Shown: positions 9,295 through 18,785, numbered from the stretch's first letter. The stretch: 53,607 bases of DNA from Candidatus Daviesbacteria bacterium RIFCSPHIGHO2_12_FULL_37_16 (GCA_001776785.1 MFDF01000016.1:1-53607), one strand, 5' to 3'. Numbers and translations: made by a program. The notes: generated from the sequence alone by a model not told the origin.

Positions 9295-9804
9295 CTAGGA
9301 GGTTAAAGTTTGGGGCTTTTGAAGAATCTGGGCTTTTTTGGAGTTGGTTTTTAAAATGATTTTTAAAAGAGATATAGCTTTTTCTAAAGCAGAATATACG
9401 ATTACCTCATCAGAAAATCCTATGTTTAGCTTTATATGGAATATCCCTACATTATCTGTTTGCCAGTCCCATTTGGTTTTTCCTTCAAGGATAAACTTTT
9501 CATCTGGATCTTTTTTTAGATCGGAGAGATATTCAAGCAGGATGTGTTCAAAAAGGTGGCCAATTTCTGTTTTTTTAACCTCTCTTTGAAAAGGTGCATT
9601 TAAATAGTTAAAACATTTATGTGAATAGATTTTAGGAAGGTTGTTATTTAAGACTTTGGTTGTATTTGGTAAAGTTTTAGTGTTCAGGTGGTTTGTGAGC
9701 ATAACCATTTTAATTGAGGTATCAGAATGGTTTTGTTTAATCTGTAGGGTAAAAAGCGGATTGGAAAAGATTATTGGTAAATGATCTGTAGGTTTAGCGG
9801 GCAT
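9295..9804 (-). CDS. Stand-alone cyanophycin synthetase N-terminal-like domain protein
   Basis: LPKIYSHKC...TEIGHLFEHILLE...GKT resembles the CphA N-domain (HxC...GHxxEHxxLE...GxT). Confidence 0.65.
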   Translation of the reverse strand: MPAKPTDHLPIIFSNPLFTLQIKQNHSDTSIKMVMLTNHLNTKTLPNTTKVLNNNLPKIYSHKCFNYLNAPFQREVKKTEIGHLFEHILLEYLSDLKKDPDEKFILEGKTKWDWQTDNVGIFHIKLNIGFSDEVIVYSALEKAISLLKIILKTNSKKAQILQKPQTLTS

Positions 9805-9903
9805 TTGTTTACAGCTTTCTATAGATATTATTACAGAAAACTTACGTAATATATACCCTCAATTCTTTTCTGTCAAATTTCTTACCTAATTTTTGGTTTT
9901 CTC

Positions 9904-11232
9904 CTATTTTAACAGATTTAGATATTCGCTAAAAATACCTCCTGCAATTGAGAAGGCCCCATGAGGAAAGTAAATATTGAAAAGACCTGGTTTTTTATGG
10001 AGGTTAGGGATGCCTAGTTTTTCAATCTTTTTTTGGGTTGCTTCAAAAGAAAAGTTAGCTTTTCCTATCTCAAAGTTTTTTTTAACTATTCTTTCTACTT
10101 CTTCTGGACTGCTTAGAAGTTCCCTGACCCTGTTTACAGTATCTGAGGTAACTTTATTATCTACAGCCACTGTCTCAAAACCTAAGGGCTCTATATCCTT
10201 TTTGTAAACTTCGTATCTGTTAACAAAGATGGGTTTTTTAAAGTAAACAGCCTCTATAAATTGGTTGCCAAAGCCTTCAAAAGTAGAGGGGTAGGTAATA
10301 AAGTCTGCGTTGACAAAACACCCCCAAAGTGTATAGAATCGACCTGCCTCGTCTGTAACTGCACGTTCTGATTTGATCCTCGTACCGATAAATTTTGTCC
10401 GGATTCCTGCTTCTTTTACTAATCTGACTATTTTTTTTAGGTAATCACCTGATTCATCCCCATGATAACCTGCCAGGACAAAGATGATGCGCGGGTCGTT
10501 TAGTTTTTTTATAAGTTCAATTGCCAGTTCAATATTTTTTCTGGGCACAATCCTGGTTGCCTGTAAAAAAACAATATCGTCTTTGGCTATTTCAAAATCT
10601 TTTCTCCAGTTTTTAGTCCAGGCATCAAGCTGGTTTAGTTTAAGGTTAAAATCAAAGCAGTCTGAAATAACCCGGGATTTTATGCCTGACCTTTGTTTAA
10701 GCTCCTGCTGGGCTATTGAGTTTATGGTAAGGTGGGTAATTAATGGGTTGTTGGGAGGAAAAAAACGTTTAAAAAATTCAAAGCAGTGGGATTTTAAGTA
10801 CCTTTCCCGCTCCCACCAAAAGTCATGGTTTCTGGAAATTGCAGGAATTTTAAATTCAGTTATGACGCGCTCAAGGGCAACTGCTGCAGGGAAGTGAATT
10901 GGAAGGCTAAAAACATTTGAGATTATTAGTTTGTCTATATGAAGTTGCCTGAAAACTTGTCTTAACTCTCCTTCAATATCTCCTGAGAGGGCAAAAATCT
11001 CTTTTTCTGCTTTTTTATAATCAATATTCTTAGTGATTATATCCTCGTGGATTTTATAAATTTCCGGGTGGGTGAAGTGGAGTGAGTCTATTAAAACCCC
11101 GCTTTGGTCAAGTTCACCTGCGATAAAGGTGACTTTGTGGCCCATTCTTTCTAATATTATCTTCCAACGCTCAGCCTCCAGGGAAACACCATCAGTGCCT
11201 GCGATCCTGAAGGAGAGATAACCTATGTTCAC
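9904..11232 (-). CDS. GT4 glycosyltransferase (mannosylglucosylglycerate synthase-like)
   Basis: FRIAGTDGVSLE, HDFWWER, TRIVPRKNIE, YPSTFEGFGN; start uncertain (GTG 11232 or TTG 11268). Confidence 0.88.
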   Translation of the reverse strand: MNIGYLSFRIAGTDGVSLEAERWKIILERMGHKVTFIAGELDQSGVLIDSLHFTHPEIYKIHEDIITKNIDYKKAEKEIFALSGDIEGELRQVFRQLHIDKLIISNVFSLPIHFPAAVALERVITEFKIPAISRNHDFWWERERYLKSHCFEFFKRFFPPNNPLITHLTINSIAQQELKQRSGIKSRVISDCFDFNLKLNQLDAWTKNWRKDFEIAKDDIVFLQATRIVPRKNIELAIELIKKLNDPRIIFVLAGYHGDESGDYLKKIVRLVKEAGIRTKFIGTRIKSERAVTDEAGRFYTLWGCFVNADFITYPSTFEGFGNQFIEAVYFKKPIFVNRYEVYKKDIEPLGFETVAVDNKVTSDTVNRVRELLSSPEEVERIVKKNFEIGKANFSFEATQKKIEKLGIPNLHKKPGLFNIYFPHGAFSIAGGIFSEYLNLLK

Positions 11233-11286
11233 ATATCCATAGTAAGCACCTTTTGAGAATGCGGTCAAGTGTGAAAATTTTAGTGA

Positions 11287-11616
11287 TTAGGATTTTCTGT
11301 TGTGTCTGATAAAGATTTTATGTCTATCTTTGTACAGGAGTCCCTGGAGGATTCCACCCGCCAAAAAACCTTTAGTAAAGTGGGCATCCAAGATGACATT
11401 TGTCAAAGGGATTGAAACAGCCAGTATAATTGCAAAATTTACCCAGTGATGAAGCCAGAGAGTGTGGTTGCCTGTTTTAATCTTAATATTCGGGGAAAAC
11501 TCTATCTTTGAATATTTAAGTCTAGGGATCCTTTTTTTAAACTTTTTAGGGTGGGTGAGATAGTGCATTGTGGGAATAGCTGCTAAAGCACCTGGTAAGA
11601 ATGAGACAAGTTCCAT
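11287..11616 (-). CDS. Small membrane hypothetical protein
   Basis: Hydrophobic segments, LHHW motif, GGILQGLLYKD. Confidence 0.75.
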   Translation of the reverse strand: MELVSFLPGALAAIPTMHYLTHPKKFKKRIPRLKYSKIEFSPNIKIKTGNHTLWLHHWVNFAIILAVSIPLTNVILDAHFTKGFLAGGILQGLLYKDRHKIFIRHNRKS

Positions 11617-11677
11617 AATATTTACCTATATTTAATGTAATGGGTGTGTGAAAAAAATGCAATACACCCAAAGTATA

Positions 11678-12406
11678 TTAGTCAAGCCTCCTATTTTTTA
11701 AAAGTTCACATTTTGTGCATCTTAAAGTTTCAGGAGCAAAAATCTGGGCAACTTTTTCTGAGGTTCTAATCTGAATCTCATCACTTTCTTTTAAGTTTAT
11801 AATTTTAGGGTTGTTATCAACTGCCAGAACTGCAGGTCCACGCACAATTTTAATTAAAACTTTATCTTTTAGGGAAAGCTTTATTGGTTTTAACGAAGCT
11901 GTTAAATTGTTAAAAGCCAAACCTAAACCTTTTTTAAAGGATTTTTTAACTATTGATTTAAAATAACCTGTTGAACCAAAATGGGTTGAAATAACAAGCC
12001 CATCTCCAACTAAAATATTTGGGCTAAACTCTTTTCCATTTATAAAAAGTGAAAACCTCATTGCATGAGTAGGATTTAAATTTCTGATTACAATATCATT
12101 TACACCTTTCAAAACAGAATCTCCAATTTTGGCTTCAAGCTTATTAAATTTCACCAGTTTTAATTTCTTGTTTTTGAATTGGTTTAAAATGGCTTCTGTT
12201 TGGTGGTTTGGGCATTTGTTGCAGGTTTTTGAGTCCCTGATTGGGAGTTTAGGTATCCCTGGAAATTCCCTTTCTGAAGAAAGAAGTGTGCCATCACCTC
12301 CATAGCTTATTACCAGGTCAGGATTTTTGGAAACTATAGAAAAACCAAGGCCTTTAATCAGGTCTTTAATAGTTTGGGAGTTTTTGCCGTAAAGGGCAGT
12401 TTTCAT
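11678..12406 (-). CDS. nadK: NAD(+) kinase
   Basis: GGDGTLL, VND, GDGLVISTHFGSTGY; start at ATG 12406. Confidence 0.88.
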   Translation of the reverse strand: MKTALYGKNSQTIKDLIKGLGFSIVSKNPDLVISYGGDGTLLSSEREFPGIPKLPIRDSKTCNKCPNHQTEAILNQFKNKKLKLVKFNKLEAKIGDSVLKGVNDIVIRNLNPTHAMRFSLFINGKEFSPNILVGDGLVISTHFGSTGYFKSIVKKSFKKGLGLAFNNLTASLKPIKLSLKDKVLIKIVRGPAVLAVDNNPKIINLKESDEIQIRTSEKVAQIFAPETLRCTKCELLKNRRLD

Positions 12407-12480
12407 AAGATTAAGTATATCAGATTTAGGTTCAGATATCAAACTATAGGTTGTTCAAATAGATGTGGTAAACTAAGATT

Positions 12481-13056
12481 ATGATTGGAAGAACGCATGA
12501 TTTGGCTGCTTTTACAGCACTTTCTTATGTTGCAGCAACTTCACCATTGCAGGAGGTTTCTTTAGCTACTTTGGGGGTGGCAATTGGAGCTAATTTTTTA
12601 GGGGGGCTGGCGCCTGATTTAGATCAGACTACTTCTGATTTCTGGCACCATGTTAGAGGTGGAAATGTAATAAGCAGGATTATTGCACCCCTTTTGGGAG
12701 GACATAGGTTTATATCTCATTCCATATTGGGGATTTTTTTATTTGGATTTATAGTTGATAAGATACTGGAGATGATCTCAGGAGTTTTGATTGTTAATAT
12801 GGATATTGTCTGGTGGGCTTTTATGATTGGGTTTGTGAGTCATTTAGTTATGGATACTTTCACCAAAGAAGGGGTGCCCTGGCTTTTTCCAATCCCTATC
12901 AGGTTTGGGATCCCTCCTTTTAGTTTTTTGAGGGTAAAAACAGGTGGAATGCTTGAAAAATCCTTTATATTTCCTGGGTTAATTTTGTTAAATTTCTATA
13001 TCTATTATGCAAATTATGGGAAGTTTTTAGAGTTTTTTAAACAGTATATTAAATGA
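12481..13056 (+). CDS. Membrane metal-dependent hydrolase (YdjM family)
   Basis: GRTH, LAPDLD, GHRFISHS, SHLVMDTFTKEGVPWLFP. Confidence 0.9.
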   Translation: MIGRTHDLAAFTALSYVAATSPLQEVSLATLGVAIGANFLGGLAPDLDQTTSDFWHHVRGGNVISRIIAPLLGGHRFISHSILGIFLFGFIVDKILEMISGVLIVNMDIVWWAFMIGFVSHLVMDTFTKEGVPWLFPIPIRFGIPPFSFLRVKTGGMLEKSFIFPGLILLNFYIYYANYGKFLEFFKQYIK

Positions 13057-14279
13057 AGAAGAGAATTAACCCTTTTTTGGCTTTGGATTATTTTGATTTC
13101 AGGCTGTTTTTCTTTGGCAGTTTTATCTCCCAGATGGGCACACAAATGCAGGTAGTGGCAGTTTCATGGGAACTTTACCAACTGACCCATTCGGCCTCTT
13201 CTTTGGGGCTTCTGGGGCTGTCTGAGTTTATACCTGTAATACTTTTTGCACTGGTAGGCGGAATTGCTGCAGATAAATTTAACAGGAAAAAGATTTTAAT
13301 TTTTAGCCAGATTGGCTTGGCTATCATGGCAGGAGTGCTTTCTATTGCTTCAATTGAGGGAATAACCTCCCCCTTGTTAATTTATATTGTGATGGCAGTG
13401 AGCGGTGTGGGAATGGCTTTTAATATGCCTGCCAGGCAAGGTGTATTGCCTCATCTGGTTCCAAGAAAATATTTTATGAATGCAGTGTCTTTAAATACCC
13501 TTCAAAGACAAACTGCCATAATTGTTGGTCCTGCAGTTGCAGGTTTTATGATTGCACTTTATGGAGTTGAGACTATATATATTTTTAATGCCATAACTTT
13601 TTTAATTTTAATTATGACACTTCTGCCTATTAAGATACCTGCCCATGAGAAAAAAGCAGATTTTGACTGGAAGTCTGTAATGCATGGGTTAAAGTTTGTT
13701 AAAAGTAACCAGGTCCTTTATTCAACTATGATTTTAGACTTTTTAGCTACATTTTTTGGGACAGCTACAATTTTAATGCCTATCTTTGCAGCAGATATCT
13801 TCCATACAGGGGCAAAGGGGTTGGGACTTTTATATTCTGCACCCGCAGTAGGAGGAGTAATTGCAGGACTTATTATGTCATCAATTCATAGAGTAAGAAG
13901 GCAGGGTGTGATAATAATTGGATCAATTGTTTTGTATGGACTGGCTACAGTTGGATTTGGATTAACAACTTCTTTTGCTCTGGCGCTATTTTTCTTAGCC
14001 TTAACAGGGGCAGGGGATATGATAAGTACAATTTTAAGAAATACAATCAGGCAGCTGGTGACACCTGACCACTTAAGGGGGAGAATGGTCAGTATAAATA
14101 TGATTTTTGTTCAGGGAGGTCCAAAGCTTGGGGAAACTGAAGCAGGGCTTTTAGCAGCAATGGTTGGGGCTCCTGTGTCTGTGGTGATAGGGGGGGTGGG
14201 AACTGTTGCAATAGCTTTGCTTTTAGCATTAATAATGCCAAAGCTTAGAAAATTCCAGGGACATGAACTGGCTGTCTGA
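13053..14279 (+). CDS. MFS transporter (EntS/MFS_3-like)
   Basis: 12-TM pattern, GGIAADKFNRKKIL, QLVTPDHLRGRM. Confidence 0.92.
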   Translation: MKKRINPFLALDYFDFRLFFFGSFISQMGTQMQVVAVSWELYQLTHSASSLGLLGLSEFIPVILFALVGGIAADKFNRKKILIFSQIGLAIMAGVLSIASIEGITSPLLIYIVMAVSGVGMAFNMPARQGVLPHLVPRKYFMNAVSLNTLQRQTAIIVGPAVAGFMIALYGVETIYIFNAITFLILIMTLLPIKIPAHEKKADFDWKSVMHGLKFVKSNQVLYSTMILDFLATFFGTATILMPIFAADIFHTGAKGLGLLYSAPAVGGVIAGLIMSSIHRVRRQGVIIIGSIVLYGLATVGFGLTTSFALALFFLALTGAGDMISTILRNTIRQLVTPDHLRGRMVSINMIFVQGGPKLGETEAGLLAAMVGAPVSVVIGGVGTVAIALLLALIMPKLRKFQGHELAV

Positions 14280-14300
14280 TTTTTTGGTATAATCTGTGCC

Positions 14301-15212
14301 ATGGGAAAATTTCAAATTCTGCTCTATTACAAATATATTCAAATTAATGACCCCGGGAGGTTAAAAAAAGACCAGGATGAGTTGTGCAGGGGGTTAAATC
14401 TTAAGGGGAGGATAATTGTGGCTTCTGAGGGGATTAATGGGACTTTAGAGGGGTTAACAGAAGATACTGAGAAATACATTAGATTAATGATGAATGATGA
14501 AAGATTAAAGAATGTACATTTTAAAAAGAGTGAGGGGACTGGAAGTGCTTTTCCTAAACTTTCTATAAAAGTAAGAAGTGATATTGTTAGCCAAAAACTA
14601 GAAGAGTTTAAGCTGGACCCAGCAAAAGAGACTGGAAAATATTTACATCCAGAGGAACTTCATGAGTGGATCCACAATGGAAAAGAATTTTATTTAGTGG
14701 ATATGAGAAATGATTATGAGACTGAGGTAGGGTATTTTAAGGGGTCTATCTTTGCCCCGTTTGAGAACTTTAGGGATTTGCCAAAAGTTTTGCCTATTTT
14801 GCAGGAGTTAACAGGTAAGACTATTGTGACAGTCTGTACTGGAGGTGTGAGGTGTGAGAAGGCTTCAGCATTTTTGATAAAAAATGGATTTAAGGATGTG
14901 TACCAGCTTTTTGGGGGGATAGTTACTTATATGGAGAAATACCCTAATGAGGATTTTGTGGGAAAGTTATATGTTTTTGATGGTAGGGTGACCATGGGGT
15001 TTAATACTGATAGTCCTATGCACAAAGTTGTAGGAAGGTGTACAGTCTGTTTTGAAAATGCAGACACATATTATGACTGTAAAAATTTATACTGTCAGGG
15101 TAAAAGACATTTTATAAGTTGTGAGAGATGTATTGAAAAAAGTTTTGGGTATTGTCAAAAATGCGTTTCTGGGAGGCAAAGTAGTGAAAAAGAAGTAGTT
15201 TTAGCTGCCTGA
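14301..15212 (+). CDS. trhO: Rhodanese-domain tRNA U34 hydroxylase (TrhO/YceA, UPF0176)
   Basis: LKGRIIVASEGINGT, DMRNDYE, CTGGVRCEKAS, LFGGIVTY, GKLYVFDGR, Cys-rich tail. Confidence 0.9.
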   Translation: MGKFQILLYYKYIQINDPGRLKKDQDELCRGLNLKGRIIVASEGINGTLEGLTEDTEKYIRLMMNDERLKNVHFKKSEGTGSAFPKLSIKVRSDIVSQKLEEFKLDPAKETGKYLHPEELHEWIHNGKEFYLVDMRNDYETEVGYFKGSIFAPFENFRDLPKVLPILQELTGKTIVTVCTGGVRCEKASAFLIKNGFKDVYQLFGGIVTYMEKYPNEDFVGKLYVFDGRVTMGFNTDSPMHKVVGRCTVCFENADTYYDCKNLYCQGKRHFISCERCIEKSFGYCQKCVSGRQSSEKEVVLAA

Positions 15213-16112
15213 AAAACTTAGTCTGCCAAAAGGATTCGTTATTTTAGATAAATCCATGCCCCACTCATCACTAAGTTTTTTTCTATAAGCTGGATGTGTA
15301 ATAAGTTTAGCAAGATGTACCTTTCCTATCAGTCTTTCTACTTTTCCTAAGGCTTGCAAAAAATCTTTTATACCTGGATTAGCAACTTTTCTAAGTGCTT
15401 CGCCCTGGACTTCATAATCTTCCATAAAAGATGGACCAGGCATCTCAAAATTTAATAATTCATCCTCTATTTCTTCAATTGCGTGGGGGTCAGTATTTTT
15501 TAATATAATTGCACCTTCAAGGCTCCAACCACTATGATGAAACTCTTGGATTTCAATGAATTTTAATAATCTTTTTAGAACTGGTTCATGAGTGTTTGCC
15601 CCAAAATTCTGGTAAAACTGACCTGTAACCTGTTCCTGCATCATAGTTCTTGTCCGTGCTCTGGGTGGAGTTAAAACTCTTTCTTTTTTACCCCACTGCC
15701 CAGCCCTTCTACTTTCCAATCTTACATCTAAGTCTTGTGGATTAACTCTTCCTGAGGCTAAGGCATACATCCGTAACCCCAAATAATGGTGGAGTTCCTG
15801 TTCACCCCAAAGTATAGTGAAAGCAGATTCTTCATGATCCTGTCGGTTCATCCACAAAAGAGTCTGAACGTAGACTGGGTTTAGAGATTCAATATCCATT
15901 GCAGCTAAAACACCATTGACATCATCATCTGTGAGCCTGGATTGATCAATTTGGTGCCAGGGGATGTCTCTAAGATCCCAGGAAGTTGCTTTATGTATAC
16001 TATAAAATTTATCAAAGCGGGGAGTTAGTACAGTACCTGGTTCACTTAGTGGAAAAACATGGGTATTGGGAGGAATATTAGGATTTAGATCTGGTGCAAT
16101 TTCGTAGGCCAT
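15201..16112 (-). CDS. Ferritin-like di-iron protein (acyl-ACP desaturase-like)
   Basis: IES, WGEQELHH, QE...FY, QEFHH, FEMPG pattern; N-terminal WDLRDIPW. Confidence 0.7.
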   Translation of the reverse strand: MAYEIAPDLNPNIPPNTHVFPLSEPGTVLTPRFDKFYSIHKATSWDLRDIPWHQIDQSRLTDDDVNGVLAAMDIESLNPVYVQTLLWMNRQDHEESAFTILWGEQELHHYLGLRMYALASGRVNPQDLDVRLESRRAGQWGKKERVLTPPRARTRTMMQEQVTGQFYQNFGANTHEPVLKRLLKFIEIQEFHHSGWSLEGAIILKNTDPHAIEEIEDELLNFEMPGPSFMEDYEVQGEALRKVANPGIKDFLQALGKVERLIGKVHLAKLITHPAYRKKLSDEWGMDLSKITNPFGRLSFSGS

Positions 16113-16163
16113 TTTTTAGGGTGGGTTAGAAAATTGTATAGTATAATGTAAGGCTTGACAAGC

Positions 16164-16679
16164 TTAGGATAAGAGAGAACTAAAGAGGTCTTTTATTTCT
16201 GAAATTTCATTTTTAACAAATTCTATAAAATTAAATCTTAAATCCACTTCAGCAGAAGGATTAGAGGTTGGAGAGGGATTAGAAGATGGACTTGCACTAG
16301 CAGTTGGGGAGGGTGAAACGTTCACCTCAACTTTTTGACCATTAACATTGACATCTACTGAAGTGTTGACTGTTGAGCTTTTTTGTTGGACCACATTTGA
16401 ACTTGAAGTATCAGAGGAGACATCAACTTTTGAATTTCCATCAGAGGATTCAAGATGAACACTTCCTCCTTCTTCTGAGTGATATTCTTTCCTTTCCCCA
16501 TTTGTTTCTATGACAACATCTGTTTTAGATTTTGAGGTGTTAGACTGGTTTGAATTAATATTTACACTATTTTTTGATCCATCAAGGTTGTTTGAGATTT
16601 CAACTGAAATTTTTGCAGAAGCTAAAGAGGGAAAGGCTAAAAGAACTAAGCTTAAAAAAATCAGGGCAGATTTTTTCAT
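16164..16679 (-). CDS. Secreted Ser/Pro-rich hypothetical protein
   Basis: Signal peptide; SPSPTASASPSSNPSPTSNPS linker. Confidence 0.8.
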   Translation of the reverse strand: MKKSALIFLSLVLLAFPSLASAKISVEISNNLDGSKNSVNINSNQSNTSKSKTDVVIETNGERKEYHSEEGGSVHLESSDGNSKVDVSSDTSSSNVVQQKSSTVNTSVDVNVNGQKVEVNVSPSPTASASPSSNPSPTSNPSAEVDLRFNFIEFVKNEISEIKDLFSSLLS

Positions 16680-16788
16680 AGGGCTTACTATTATAACCTA
16701 TTGGTCAAGGGAAGTTAGTAGTAAAACAGTAAGAAGATTTGTCTTTAGTAGAGAAAAAAGCTCATTCTTGGTAAAATATGGGTTATAC

Positions 16789-16854
16789 GGTGGTCGTAGC
16801 CCTGCCTGCCGGCAGGTTAACCTGCTGCAAGCATGGCAGGTCAATGGCAGAGCA
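16789..16854 (+). pseudogene. Duplicate 5' part of tRNA-His interrupted by a 40-bp palindromic insert
   Basis: GGTGGTCGTAGC (16789-16800) + TCAATGGCAGAGCA (16841-16854) equals the first 26 nt of tRNA-His at 17117. Confidence 0.85.
16801..16840. repeat. Two adjacent CCTGC...GCAGG palindromes
   Basis: cctgcctgccggcagg ttaa cctgctgcaagcatggcagg; relatives at 21409-21431 and 39393-39410. Confidence 0.8.
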
Positions 16855-16859
16855 CTCTG

Positions 16860-17105
16860 ATGTATTACGTTTATATCCTCAAGAGTCAAAAGGATAATAA
16901 TTTTTATACTGGAATTACTAATAATATTGAAATCCGCTTAAGACAACATAATATTGGGTATTCTTCCACAAGGTCAACTAAGAATAGAGGTCCATTTATA
17001 TTAGTATTTGCTCAAGAGTGTTCTGACAGAAATGAGGCACATGCTTTAGAAAAGTACCTCAAATCAGGTGAAGGTAGAGAATTAAGAGATAAACTGTTAA
17101 AATAG
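16860..17105 (+). CDS. Small GIY-YIG nuclease
   Basis: MYYVYILKS...FYTGITNNIEIRLRQHN...STKNRGPF...EAHALEKYLKSGEGR; start at ATG 16860. Confidence 0.93.
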   Translation: MYYVYILKSQKDNNFYTGITNNIEIRLRQHNIGYSSTRSTKNRGPFILVFAQECSDRNEAHALEKYLKSGEGRELRDKLLK

Positions 17106-17116
17106 GCATTGTTTAT

Positions 17117-17192
17117 GGTGGTCGTAGCTCAATGGCAGAGCATCAGATTGTGGATCTGACGGTTGCGGGTTCAACTCCCGTCGATCACCCCA
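17117..17192 (+). tRNA. tRNA-His(GTG)
   Basis: G-1 GTGGTCG ... TCAGA-TTGTGGA-TCTGA ... GCGGG TTCAACT CCCGT CGATCAC C CCA. Confidence 0.97.
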
Positions 17193-17280
17193 AGAGGTGT
17201 AAGCTATTTTCTTATAAAAGATCACCTGTGATTGTAATCTACTGTATTAATAAGTATTGTTAATTTAGTATAGATATACT

Positions 17281-18258
17281 ATGAATATTAAAGTTAGCTG
17301 TTTTTGGGGCATGCTCTTCTTCCTTATTATTTTCTTCTCTGTTCTATCATCCCCTGTATTTGCTGCTAAATCCTCCTCTAGTCTGGGGTCAACGCTTGCA
17401 CAAAAAAGGATCAAAATTGGTGCAAAACTGAGAGAATATAAACCACCAACCAAAGCTGATTGTGATATTCGGGTCCCTAAGCAATATCCCACAATCCAAG
17501 CAGGTATAGATGCTGCACTAACTGGGAATACTATATGTGTTGATAAAGGAACTTATAACGAAGACATAGTTATTAACAAATCCATTCGGCTTTCTGGAAA
17601 AGGAACTCTTAAAACCATAATTAATGGTCAAAACCCAGACGCATCTGGTACAGTGTATATTACGGCCAAAAATGTCATTGTAGAAGGGTTTTCCATCAAT
17701 GGGGTTGGAAATAACCGTGGTACTGCTGCAGTACGCCAATTTGAACAAGTTTACGACACTATAATCCGATACAACCGAATTGTGGCTGGAAACGGACAAT
17801 TGGCCTTCCTGACAGATAATGCCCAAAATAATAACCTTGTTGCAAACAACATATTAGTAGGTAATAACTCCCCAGATATAGCCAAAGTTAATGCGTTTGA
17901 TAGCAATAAACCTACAGATAAAGTTGATTTTCTAAACAATACATTTATAGGAACAGTAAGCCCGACTGATTGGCAAACCGAAGCATTCGTATTAGATGCT
18001 GGTGCTCCAAACAGCTTGATTCAACAAAATGTTTTTAATGCGACAGGTACAATGGTAGCAGTGATTGCTTCTAATAACAGCAGTAGCATCCACGAAAATA
18101 ATTTCAATGGTGGAACTACCATAAAAGTTGCTGGTGGATGGGGACCTTCTGATCTGAATGCTGAAAATAACTGGTGGGGAGATTCAGCCCCATCAGATAA
18201 TGTCCAAGGAGCTATTGATTTCACTCCATTTGCAACAAGTCCATTTACAGAAAATTAG
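17281..18258 (+). CDS. Secreted right-handed beta-helix (pectin lyase-like/NosD-like) protein
   Basis: Signal peptide; VPKQYPTIQAGIDAA..G.TI.V..GTYNE; Asn-rich repeats; AENNWWG. Confidence 0.85.
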   Translation: MNIKVSCFWGMLFFLIIFFSVLSSPVFAAKSSSSLGSTLAQKRIKIGAKLREYKPPTKADCDIRVPKQYPTIQAGIDAALTGNTICVDKGTYNEDIVINKSIRLSGKGTLKTIINGQNPDASGTVYITAKNVIVEGFSINGVGNNRGTAAVRQFEQVYDTIIRYNRIVAGNGQLAFLTDNAQNNNLVANNILVGNNSPDIAKVNAFDSNKPTDKVDFLNNTFIGTVSPTDWQTEAFVLDAGAPNSLIQQNVFNATGTMVAVIASNNSSSIHENNFNGGTTIKVAGGWGPSDLNAENNWWGDSAPSDNVQGAIDFTPFATSPFTEN

Positions 18259-18385
18259 TTAAGTTTTCCCCTTCCTTCAAAAAATCTATTTAACCAATAG
18301 TGTTTAATCTGTACCTTATTCATAATTTCTCTGAATAATTAGGAATTACAAATAGGGGCACAAATTCCTTCATCTGTGTACAAAC

Positions 18386-18417
18386 AACACACCCAATTCT
18401 TTCAGAATTGCAAGTCT
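18386..18417. repeat. Palindromic element ACACCCAAT-[hairpin]-ATTGCAAGTCT, copy 3
   Basis: aacacacccaat tctttcaga attgcaagtct. Confidence 0.75.
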
Positions 18418-18437
18418 GCCCACTCACCCCAAATATA

Positions 18438-18743
18438 CTAAGAGATAAATCCTGATAATATTGTCAGTAGGATGAGTAAAGTAATTCCAGCAAAAGCTAA
18501 AACTGTGTGAAGAAAAAATCTTAAGGCGTCTTTTTTCTTGCCATCTAGATAAAGCTGCAGAGGTTGTGAAAGAAAAATATAACCCATTACTGCAGCAGAA
18601 AGGGTAAAAATAGATATTACCGCAATTGGAGCTAAGACTCCTTTGGCCGGCGCTGAGCGTTCAATAATGTTAAACATTACCGAAGCAATAAAGACAATAT
18701 AGAGCCCGGCTGCTCCCGCATTTATTAATGGATTTCTACTCAT
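18438..18743 (-). CDS. Small 3-TM membrane protein
   Basis: Hydrophobic; PLQLYLDGKKKDA motif; TAGAAT 6 nt before ATG. Confidence 0.8.
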   Translation of the reverse strand: MSRNPLINAGAAGLYIVFIASVMFNIIERSAPAKGVLAPIAVISIFTLSAAVMGYIFLSQPLQLYLDGKKKDALRFFLHTVLAFAGITLLILLTILSGFIS

Positions 18744-18785
18744 AAGAGTATTCTACCACCAAAAAGTGAAGATTTGATAAAATGA

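Noticed and set aside
16510-16889. ORFs 16510-16860(+) and 16698-16889(-), and the 16833 start for GIY-YIG
   Set aside because: They read through the tRNA fragment and palindromes or lie antisense to a real gene; the family N-terminus begins at 16860
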